From: Utricularia gibba | Taxonomy: Eukaryota; Plantae; Magnoliophyta | DNA: 64,000 nucleotides | Direction of reading: 5' to 3' | Assembly (NCBI GenBank): GCA_002189035.1 | Contig: NEEC01000016.1 | Coordinates: 1,426,001-1,490,000 of the forward strand | Shown: in pieces, positions 54,360 to 64,000 of the stretch | Numbering within the stretch: position 1 is the stretch's first letter | How the letters are laid out: every line of letters starts with the position of its first letter | Made by a program: the position numbers and the translations under genes | The notes under the pieces: model-generated | Seen by the model: only the letters and a program-made list of their open reading frames with translations | Told to the model about the DNA's origin: nothing | Databases searched by the model: none

Positions 54360-55978
54360 ATGGAGGTGTACTCAGTCATGTGTGCTCTCATCGTCTTCTT
54401 CGTGATTTCTTTGGTTTGGGTTAAGAAACGCCATCCCTGCTCCGCCGCAAGCTGCCGGATCACGTCCCTTCACCGGTCATCTTCACATCCTTGGGGGAGG
54501 CAGCAATGAGCTACCGCACGTCAAGTTAAGTTCCTTAGCCGATGTTCATGGCCCAATTTTCACTCTCAACCTCGGCCTCCGCCGCGCCGTTGTGGTGAGC
54601 AGCTTCGAGCTAGCTAAAGAACTGTTCACCGTGCATGATCGGAAGATATCCTCCAGGGCCGGGATTAGAGCCATAAAAATCTTGAGTCATGACTACACCA
54701 TGTTCGGCTTCACCCCCTACGGCGTGTACTGGAGACATCTCCGCAAGCTCGCCACGATAGAGCTTCTCTCAAATCGCCGGATAGAGGAGATGCGTCCGAT
54801 TCGAGAGTCAGAAATAAAGGCAGCTATCAAGCAGCTCCATGACCGCATCTCTTCAGAAGGCAAACCAGTAGACATGAAGGAGTGGCTCCAAGACCTTAAT
54901 TTCATTGTGATCCTGACGGTGGTTGCCGGAAAAAAGTTGGATCCTGTCGAGAAGCTGCAGTTTATCCAAATTGTGAAGGATTTTTTAAAGCTTTCTGGCA
55001 CGTTTGTTGCTGGGGATGCCATTGGTGCTCTCGATTGGCTGGATTTGGGAGGCTACGAGAAGAGAATGAAGAAAACTGCCAGGCAACTGGATGTAATTGT
55101 GGGACGGTTGTTGTCGGAGGCGGAACTGCGACGGAATAAATATTCCGATGAGGATCACCCTCGGAGTTTCATGGATGTGCTGCTGTCTGTTTTACCATCA
55201 ACGCAACTTCAGTCCACTAAAGATGCTCATGCGATCATTAGAGCCACTTGTGAGGCATGTTTTCTGCTAACTCTATTTCTTCTGATATCTTCATATACTA
55301 ATTGTAAGATAAGTGATGCCATTCATTCTTTATATTGAGCTTCAGAGCATGATACTTGGAGGATCAGACACAACCTCGGTCACGTTGACATGGGCTATCT
55401 CTCTGCTACTAAATCATCCAACCACATTGAAAACCGCACAGGAAGAACTAGACAGCAGAATCGGTAGAAACCGACTGGTAAACGAATCAGACTTGCAAGA
55501 TCTCGTTTATCTCCGAGCCATTGCCAAAGAGACTCTCAGGCTATACCCCGCCGCCCCATTGGGTTCTCCCTGCGAATTCACCGAGGACTGTGCCGTGGGG
55601 GGCTTCCGCATTCGAAAAGGGACATGGTTGATCGTCAATATCTGGAAGTTGCAAAGGGATCCCAGGTGCTGGCCGGAGGCGCCATCGGAGTTTAAACCAG
55701 AGAGATTTCTCGGAGAAGGAAAGAAAGCCGACGTTATGGGGCAAGATTTCGAGCTCATTCCGTTCGGGGCCGGGAGGAGAATATGTGTGGGCATGAACAT
55801 GGGTTTGCAGATGGTCCTTACAGTGCTTGCCACTTTGCTGCATGCCTTTGAGATCAGGACCGCCGACGATGAGCCGGTGGACATGAGCGAGAGCTCTGGA
55901 TCGACGAACCCTAAAGCCACGCCCATCAGTGTTGTTCTCAAGCCAAGACTGGCTCATCATGCCTACATGAGCATGTAA
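54360..55978 (+). CDS. CYP82: Cytochrome P450 of the CYP82 family, 2 exons, GC-AG intron 55255-55345, +1 frameshift near 54435
   Basis: GHLHILGG...LPH, FGFTPYGVYWRHLRK, ILGGSDTT, KETLRLYP, KPERF, FELIPFGAGRRICVG. The ATG at 54360 is out of frame with the rest. Confidence 0.9.
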
Positions 55979-56728
55979 TAATGCAGTCACTACTTCCAAT
56001 AAGGAATACTTTATATCCAGAAATATTCACTTTATTTTAGATTTATTGTTTAACTCAATTTTTTTTTTTGCAATAATTTTTTTTCAAAATTTATTTATAA
56101 AACCATGATAATTCATAATTTATTTTAAATTTTACTATTTTTTGAAATTCACCCCTCCATCCACACTATTTGATAAAATTGACGCGATTAGTTTTCAATA
56201 TTTAATTAAAAATACACAACTGATTCTCATTGATATATTTAGTTTCCAAAATTTGGCATATTGAAAATTTTTAATCTCTAACTTTTAACATATCGAACAT
56301 ATTTAATTTTCATTTTTTAGCTTAATTATTTTATCTTCATTATTTAAATAATAGTTATAATTATTATATAATACTTAAAAATCAAATATATTTAATATCT
56401 ATTGTTTAATAGTTTGATAAAATTCATTTCTATTTTTTTGTTATCATCCACCACTGGCAACACCCCTGCCGCCCACCACCTTTTCATCAGTTTAAATAAT
56501 GAAAATTATTTGTCTCGATTTTAAAACAGGTAGATCAATTATAAATGGTTTTGAAATAATGGAAATTAAGCTACTGTTTTCGTGGACGAATTATATTATT
56601 TTGGTAAAGAGTAGTAGATATTGTTGCCATGTTCCCATTTTTCGAACCACAAGGAGAACTCATTTGCTATGATTACGTTTATTAATTAAATTTAGTTGAG
56701 GATTAAGTTGTGTATTGATATATTGGAA

Positions 56729-56840
56729 TGGGCCTAGCTCTGGAAACTTGGGCCAAAAGCTTACTGGGTTTAAGACATGGGAATGGGCCCGTGTATCAAT
56801 CACTATGTCCTTTTTTTTTTTTTTAATTGTCGTAGGGTTT
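56729..56840 (+). promoter_or_regulatory. Site II (TGGGCC x3) plus telo-box module of the BTF3 promoter
   Basis: TGGGCC at 56729, 56749 and 56784, TAGGGTTT at 56833-56840. This pairing is typical of translation-related plant genes. Confidence 0.65.
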
Positions 56841-57339
56841 GGTTTCTTTTATTTGCCACTTTATCGTGCGTCTGCGCCCAATCTTCTTCTTCGTTTTAGC
56901 TCTCGCACATCTGTGAAGGTAAATCTTCCATTCTTGGTGCGGTGTGCATGTTTCTTGTTGCTTTTCTATCCACTAAAGTTTCATTGTTAGTTTCCTTCTG
57001 GAGTGTTGTTGATTCTTTTGAGGCTGGCTGTCAGGTGCTAGGTGTTTCATCATTTTTTGTTGTTTTTTTGAGTTGTGTACTCTCTGGAGAGCAAATGGAA
57101 TGTGCTTTATGTTGAATTCTTGCAATTGAATTGTTGGGTTTCTACTTTCTTGTGTAAAGAGGTTAAGAGCATTTTGTGCTTGTTGCGAGTGATTTGTTCC
57201 TGTGTTTTTATCTCTCGTAGCTGGTGTTTTTGGTGCTCAAATGCTTTTATTTGTTGTTAGTTGGAGTGCTGCTTTTTTAACTGTAATGATTCTCGGAAGT
57301 GCGAATTAATGTTATCTTTATCATGATGTTGAAATGCAG

Positions 57340-58314
57340 ATGAACGTGGAGAAGCTAATGAAGATGGCTGGTTCGGTGCGTACGGGTGGGAAGGGTACCG
57401 TTAGAAGGTTTGAATTACAGAAAGAGAGATTTTGTCTGAGACTCATTGCTTCAAACTAGCTAGTATTCAATACGCAATTTTTTGAGGCATGCAGAAAGAA
57501 GAAGGCAGTTCATAAGACGACCACCACAGATGACAAGAGGCTTCAAAGCACACTGAAGAGAATAGGGGTGAACGCTATTCCTGCCATTGAAGAAGTTAAT
57601 ATTTTCAAGGAGGATGTTGTTATCCAGTTTATAAACCCCAAGGGTATGCTCTCTACATGGCTTCTTTTCAGTGGTTTTAACCTTGCGTTTGCTGATTTAT
57701 CTGCCTTCTCCGTTTCCTTAAACAGTGCAAGCTTCCATTCCAGCAAATACCTGGGTTGTGAGTGGAACTCCACAGAACAAGAGTATGTTTCACATTCCCT
57801 TCCATCTGCGTATACCTTTTTTCTCAACCAGGATTTTGCGCATCTTCCTGATGATTGATTTCGCCTGTTCTCCTCGTTTTGAGCACTTGTGTGTTAGTTG
57901 GCAGATGGTTTTATGATTGGGTAGATGGGAAGACTGATATACATGACCTCTTTACTTATTGGATTATGTTACCATGAATTAATTTTTGTTATTCTATGGC
58001 TGCATTCAGAACTGCAAGACATTCTTCCCCAAATTATCAACCAATTGGGTATGCGTTCCTTTCCATCCTTCTCTCTTTCTCTTTCTGAGCTTCTTCACGA
58101 GTACCATCTACCAAATGCACGTGCAGGGCCTGATAACTTGGAGAATCTGAAGAGGTTGGCTGAGCAGTTCCAGAAGCAGATCCCTACTACTGGAAGCGGT
58201 GCAGGCACCGCTGCTGCTGGGGCGCCCGAAGGTGACGATGATGATGAGGTGCCTGAGCTTGTGGCCGGACAGACATTCGAGGCTGCTGCCGAGGAGGAGC
58301 AGAAACATAGTTAG
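57340..58314 (+). CDS. BTF3: Nascent polypeptide-associated complex beta subunit / BTF3, 5 coding exons plus a 5' UTR intron
   Basis: [47 protein letters not shown]...[14 protein letters not shown]...[27 protein letters not shown]...[10 protein letters not shown]. Confidence 0.96.
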
Positions 58315-59020
58315 TGAGGTTCCCTGTTCAGTCAACTGTCATGCTCCAGCCCACACTTTCAGATTTGAGTTCCTCTGCGCTTTGAATTGTTAACAATGCC
58401 CGAGATTAAACCCCTCGTTCTCTTTTTTGCTTCATATCTGCCACTCGGTTACTTCTTCGTATAGTATTCCCTAAAATTACACAATTTTTAGATAAATAAA
58501 ATCGAATAATAAAAATATAAAACTAAATATCGAATTGTAGTTGAATCTAATACCTAGGCTATCTTTGGTATATCTTCTTAAAAAGTATCTTTCGAAAAAA
58601 CAATTTAAAAAAATAAAAAAATAAGATTTTACAACATAAGAAGAAGTGTTCCTGAATATTTTTCATAAAACTCGGGATTTCGATTGGATTCAATCCAAAT
58701 TCATAATTTTTTGAATTTGGAATTCAGTAATTTTTGTAAATTTAAATAATTAATTTCATTTTTTTATAACATATTCATAATGAATTAACCTAGTTTAATT
58801 CATTATAAAGGAAATTCAACTTAAAATCAAATGCAAAATGTAGTATGGATTAACCCGATTTGAAAACAGTACGCATTCCACATACATAGTGGAGGAGTAG
58901 AATGAGGGTGTTTCAGAACAATGTGCAGATTGAGTACAAAGAAGAGCCTGAGGCAGTGCTAGCTCTCTGCTTCTTAAAAGACATGCTGCTGCTACTACTA
59001 CATGGCGAGCAAATGGGTGT

Positions 59021-60799
59021 CTAGGATCCAGAAGGAAGGGACGAATGCGATCCTCTGGGAAGGGATCTGCGCCACCAAACCTGGAATGCTTTGCTTAGAT
59101 TCGGACAGTCGGTGCTGGTTTTGGAAACACGGTGGAACCATTCCATGAACAACGCATCCTGTTCCTTCAAGGGGAGTGTAAGCAGCCCCTGCCCGATGGA
59201 CTCCTCCAAGCTGTCCATGTCAAGTCCCTTTTTGCATCTTTGTAGCCAGCTGAAGTCACACAGCATAGGCCCGAACCATGTGTGGAACAGACGGGATCTT
59301 GTCTCCGACCGGCAGTGCAGCTTCCGATCACCTATCGCAATGAACAGCAAGGCTGAAACACGGCTCAGTGCATACCGTACCATTGGAGATAAACTCTTGT
59401 GAATCCTCAGAAGTTCCTGCTGACTTGACCACAGATCCACGAACCCTTCAGCCATCTGGTGATCCAGGAGGATGTCGAGTAGCCAACTGATGTCGTCCAT
59501 GTGTTTCGAGATGTATCCCAGCAAGGGCCTATCCTTCTCCTTTCTTGAAGTAGACGTATCACCATCATGTGCCTCTATCAGACGGCCTGTTAGAGAAGCC
59601 AGAGACAATCTGCAAGCTTTGATTATGTCCTGGCCCAGATCAGCGTAGCTCTTCTCGTAGACTGAGCTTTTACCAAGGAGGCCTTTAACCAGAGACTTCA
59701 CCTCATTCCTGGCATGGATGTTACTGCTTCCAGTTATGGAACAAACAAGGTTTTGGGTCAGTGTCTGTTGGGAGTAGACAGCATCGTGGGAAGCAAGTCG
59801 ATCTAAGATGGCTATAGATTCATCATCTTCATAACTAAATCTTCCAAACGATTCCTTCAGCTTCTCCTCTTCCTCTTCAGTCCATGGTACTGCATCAAGG
59901 TATCTCAAGCACGCAGAGACTCCTCTGCCAAACTTGATGCCGGAAGAGACCTGCCAATGCAAGGGACAGTGTTCGCTCAAGAGAATCACATGGAGCAAAT
60001 CAGATACATGCGGATGTCGATTTTCTAAGCATGAGCAGAGCAAAACGAGAATGCTAGCACTAAATAATCTAACCAGTAAACAACACCAATGAGTGCAAAG
60101 AACGAGCTTTCTCCATCGCCCCAAGCGTGATCTAACCAGTAGAAGAACGAAGAACAGGAAGAGTAGTACCTCTAGAATGTTGATAGCTCTGAAAACCCCA
60201 AGCTTCTGAAGCTTCTTCGGAATATCTTCCTCGAACATGAGCTCAATTGTTTCACGAAATTCAGTCAAATTCTCCACGTCGGCCACCTCAATCCTGCATA
60301 CACTGCTTGAATTGTTGGCCTTGGAGGCAATCAAATCACCGAAAATTGGGCTGCTTGCAGCCAAGACCTTCGATCCCAGCTCCAGAACCAAGGATTCCCC
60401 ATTCTTCCCCCTCGCATTCAACCTCACGTCAAAATTCCTCGATGCAGCCGGTTTTAGGGCACTAATTTGGTGATCAGGAGGTACAATGGGCGACTTGGTA
60501 CGCGTTAGGTTTTGGTGCATTTCTTGGGTAACCGCCACCGGGTGATCCGAAATTGGGGAAACTCGGCCTGGGGAGAGGATCCGTCTCGCAAACGGCGGCC
60601 GTAACTGCTGCTGGCTCTGGGGCGAGGATAATGACCCCTCGAGGGTCTTTTTACCTCTGGCAGATGAAGACACGGAGCCCGATGGAGGAAAACAGTCGGG
60701 GCTCATCGGCGGAGAGAAGGTGCAGCACCAGTGACGCCGCCGCTGAACGGGGCGGTGGCGGTGGCAGCGATGCGCGTTGGGATGCTTGGGATCAGGCAT
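59021..60799 (-). CDS. BTB/POZ domain protein, At2g13690-like. Exons 60799-60170 and 59950-59021
   Basis: WCCTF, RRILSPGRVSPI, RIEVADVENL, LDAVPWTEEEEEKL, WFGPMLCDFSWLQRCKKGLD, CPNLSKAFQVWWRRS. One GT-AG intron of 219 nt. Confidence 0.92.
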   Translation of the reverse strand: MPDPKHPNAHRCHRHRPVQRRRHWCCTFSPPMSPDCFPPSGSVSSSARGKKTLEGSLSSPQSQQQLRPPFARRILSPGRVSPISDHPVAVTQEMHQNLTRTKSPIVPPDHQISALKPAASRNFDVRLNARGKNGESLVLELGSKVLAASSPIFGDLIASKANNSSSVCRIEVADVENLTEFRETIELMFEEDIPKKLQKLGVFRAINILEVLLFLFFVLLLVRSRLGRWRKLVLCTHWCCLLVRLFSASILVLLCSCLENRHPHVSDLLHVILLSEHCPLHWQVSSGIKFGRGVSACLRYLDAVPWTEEEEEKLKESFGRFSYEDDESIAILDRLASHDAVYSQQTLTQNLVCSITGSSNIHARNEVKSLVKGLLGKSSVYEKSYADLGQDIIKACRLSLASLTGRLIEAHDGDTSTSRKEKDRPLLGYISKHMDDISWLLDILLDHQMAEGFVDLWSSQQELLRIHKSLSPMVRYALSRVSALLFIAIGDRKLHCRSETRSRLFHTWFGPMLCDFSWLQRCKKGLDMDSLEESIGQGLLTLPLKEQDALFMEWFHRVSKTSTDCPNLSKAFQVWWRRSLPRGSHSSLPSGS

Positions 60800-61347
60800 G
60801 GAAATGTAAGTTGAGCAAGCCTCTGTGTTGGTAGAAAGGTAAGATCTTCCCCTACACAAGAAATTGGAGTTACGGAGTAAGGACAAGCTAAGTTTCCCAT
60901 ACCCGATGCTTGCCTATCTGTGTTGACATATAACCCATAGTAGCAGTGCTGGTGAAATATATCAAAGATGCTAACTTTGTCATTTCCCTGCCAGCCCTCC
61001 CCCTCTACCTGAAAGATTCCGATGGGGTCGGGTTTATCCACCAGAGCGAGCTACTACTCTTACTTTTCTTGAGCGTCATCAAGTTAACTTGGAGAAGATG
61101 GGGAGAAGCTTTTTGTCGGCACAAATGTAGCAAATTCGTTTTAGAAATTGGATTTCAGTAGTCAGTCTCTAAACTATGGAGATATCTCGGCAATAATGAG
61201 GAGTTAATCTTAGCAATCAGACAACTAACCGCGGGCGGTGTGGCCCGGGCCATTAATGTCCACCCATTGAAGTTTCTCCTTGCGACTTCACAGCGATAAA
61301 TGATCAAGAAGCGTTTCCGGATCAACTTCATGCCCAAGACTCTGAAC

Positions 61348-61824
61348 ATGGATGTTTCCAAATCACTTCCCCTTTCCGGGGTTTTCTTAGTGGTTGCGCT
61401 CCTCGTTTCTGCAAGAGACTTGGCACAAACCTCGAACTCCAACACTGGTAACTCGATTGACTGACTCGTGTATCAAAGTGTTCCTTTATTCTTGTTTTTC
61501 TGTGCTTTTCAATGTTTGCTGATGTTTTGGTTCACTGGGGCGAAGTTGACCATGTTGAGGGCTCAGAGGCCACGGGTAGTGGCGGCTGCAAACGGGTGCA
61601 GCGGTGGCCGCGGTGGCAGTGCTAGCGGCGGTGCCGGTGGAAGATGCGGTCCGAATGGCTGCAGCGGTGGTGCCGGCGGAGGAAGCGGTGGCGGAGGAGG
61701 AGGCGGCGGCGGTGGCGGTGGCGGAGGCGGAGGAGGAGGCGATTACTGTGACTGCTGTGACAGCAGCGCGTGTAAGTGTTGTTCCGTAGCAGTGGATACT
61801 GAAACTGAGGAGCCGATGAACTGA
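61348..61824 (+). CDS. Secreted class II glycine-rich protein with a Cys-rich C-terminus; the second-exon acceptor and frame are uncertain
   Basis: Exon 1 (61348-61447) encodes a signal peptide ending ARDLAQTS and a GT donor. Downstream are Gly-rich repeats and CDCCDSSACKCCSVAVDTETEEPMN*. Confidence 0.7.
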
Positions 61825-62187
61825 TGCAGGCTTTGCTTGAAGAAGCTCGAGATATCCACATCTCTCTGTAATTGTCGTCCAAATAAAAACTCAACGGTGG
61901 CATTTGGAGTGCAATTCTTGTGCTCTGTCCTCACTCCTCAATTTTAATTATATTAAATCATATTTAGAAGGGGATCCATATAGATTTTTATATTATCATT
62001 TTGATTTTTTTTTAAAAATATTAGATGAATTTACTTTTATAACTATAGCTTTTTCAATTCACTAAAAAATATCAAAACCCTATCACAAGAAATATATCAT
62101 TTTTAAACCTTTTTTTAAGCAACCACAGTGAATAAACGTATTTTCAAAGATTTATATTTTTTAGACACTCATATGTATTATTGTGAG

Positions 62188-64000
62188 TGATAAGGGATAA
62201 ATCGGAAAGGTTGCCAAAAATGATCCTGAGGGGATAACGCGAGACGACATATCGATATCTATTAGAAATCTGACAGGTATGGCCATATGATGCAGTCTGA
62301 AAAGCAGCCAAATTACGATACAACAGACGGCCGATGTTTGAAAAGCGAGATCATATAGCAGGAGCAGAAAGCAACCGATATTTGCAGACGTCAGAATTTG
62401 ATCAGAGTGAGTTCTCATATAAATAGGAAGAATCATGACGAAGGAGGGGGTTGGACACAAAAAAAAAAAGAGAGAAAGACATAGTTCTTAGACTTATAAC
62501 CTCGTCTTTCCCCCCACCCCCTCCCCTTTTTTTTTGAATCTAGTGGAAATCTTTTCCGGCGAGCTCTGGCAGGTCTATGGTTTTTCCACTTCTCGGCAAT
62601 TTCCACATAAAAAACCCCTGTTCATTCTTGTTTCAATCGAACCAACTACGAAAAACGCGACTAAGTGTGGCAATTTCGATTGCACTTATCACCTTAAATC
62701 GGTCTTATACCGGATACCGATTTCACCCATAACATTTTTGGTGCCCACCGTGGGGCCTTGTTCCACAGCCCCACTCGAGAAACCCACAAGAACCACCCGT
62801 TAATCACGGATCATGGTGGAAAATAGCACAGCCACTGACCCGACTCAAGACGGAAGCGCCGACGCGCAAGACCTCGGCCTTATGATCACCAGCAGGGAGC
62901 AACTGAAAGCCCTGCTAACGGAAATCCTCGCCGACCTCCGGGCACCTTCAGGCCTCAACTCCAACGCCCAAGAGGGAACACCCGAAACTGCACCACGAAC
63001 GGAGAAACAACCTCTTATTCCGGATTACCCCCTAGACACGGAGACTGAATCGGAAACCAAGGAGGAGATGCTGCGAAGAATGAGGCGTAACCAAGTCATA
63101 TATGAGCCAGGAACTGATAGGGAAAACATGGCTGGAAAAATATTGGAGGAAAGGGAAGAAGAGCTGAAAAGAGAATTGGATCAGATCCGGGAAAAACGAA
63201 AGATCATCGCCACTCGAACGCCACTGGGAAAGAAAGAGAGTAGGGGCTTTAGAGACACTTTCGACCAGAACGTCCACACCGGAAGAGGAGACGTCCTTGC
63301 CAACATCGATTTAGCCTTGAAGAATAATGTTGAAGGAACTGCGAAGACCCTTGCACTTTGTTTTGATCCCTTCTTCGATGAGTTGATCCAAGAGGAGCCC
63401 GAAAGGGGATTCAGAGTCCCCGATGGACTACCCACCTACGATGGGAAGGGAGACCCTATATCTCACGTTACCGACTTCGACATGAGAATGGCCACGGTCC
63501 GGCACTCCGAAGTCATGAAGTGTAAGTTGTTTGCCTGCTCGCTCCAGAAGGGAGCCAAGATCTAGTTCAAATAGTTAGAACCATGTAGCGTGGGATCCTA
63601 TTGGGAGTTGGTGCTACTCTTCACCACCCGATATGCTGTTAACATCGAAGCCTTACCATCAAAGGCAGCGTTGTACTCCATTCGGTATGATCACAGAAGA
63701 GAAAGCTTGAGGAAATTCATCAACCGATTCAACTGCTTGGCACAGGACGTCCAGTTGGATTTGAAGGAAAGGGTGGAAATAATGAAGCGGGCCTTAGGAA
63801 CGTCGAAATTGGGACAGTGTCGAAGTCCCCACCAAAGGATCTTGGAGAATTGCTAAGGAAAATCATGAAGTATATCTGAGTTGATGATGATCTCAGAGCC
63901 GAGATGATCTCAGAGCCGAGATGAAAGGCCGCATGGAGCTCCGCTCAATCCCACAGCAAGAGACCCAACCTAACTGGGGGCCTAGGCCGAATAAGCACTG
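62188..64000 (+). mobile_element. 5' part of a Tat-type Ty3/gypsy retrotransposon: LTR 62188-62734, PBS 62739-62756, degenerate gag from 62813, cut off by the window edge
   Basis: TG...CA LTR similar to the two solo LTRs, PBS TGGTGCCCACCGTGGGGC (tRNA-Arg type), gag motif YDGKGDPISHV...CKLFACSL, nonsense codon at 63563, 17-bp tandem duplication at 63886-63919. Confidence 0.9.

Overview
A 64-kb eudicot (flowering plant) nuclear segment with short introns. The species cannot be determined from the sequence. Recognisable genes from left to right: ELP1 (-, with one 1-nt frameshift in a homopolymer), a euAP2 transcription factor with a miR172 site (-), a group IId WRKY (-), DNA polymerase delta catalytic subunit (+, 30 exons, intact), MAPKKK3/alpha (+), CYP82 (+, one 1-nt frameshift near the 5' end), BTF3/NAC-beta (+), an At2g13690-like BTB/POZ gene (-) and a class II glycine-rich protein (+). 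Between POLD1 and MAPKKK3 lie about 18 kb of decayed genes (NF-YB, a WD40 fragment, a GRP fragment, ABCG5, PsaN) mixed with transposons. A 4.1-kb PIF/Harbinger element splits PsaN exon 2, a solo LTR splits ABCG5, and there are two Tat-type solo LTRs, a Mutator-like fold-back element and hAT and copia remnants. A copia 5' half joined directly to a chromoviral gypsy 3' half sits at 18-23.5 kb, and a Tat-type element runs off the right edge. The most unusual observations are the pseudogene cluster, precise loss of the conserved exon2/exon3 intron in AP2, and a 38-bp head-to-head telomeric insert flanked by a 10-bp duplication. No rRNA, tRNA, CRISPR or prokaryotic system was found. Family assignments come from remembered motifs; no database search was run.
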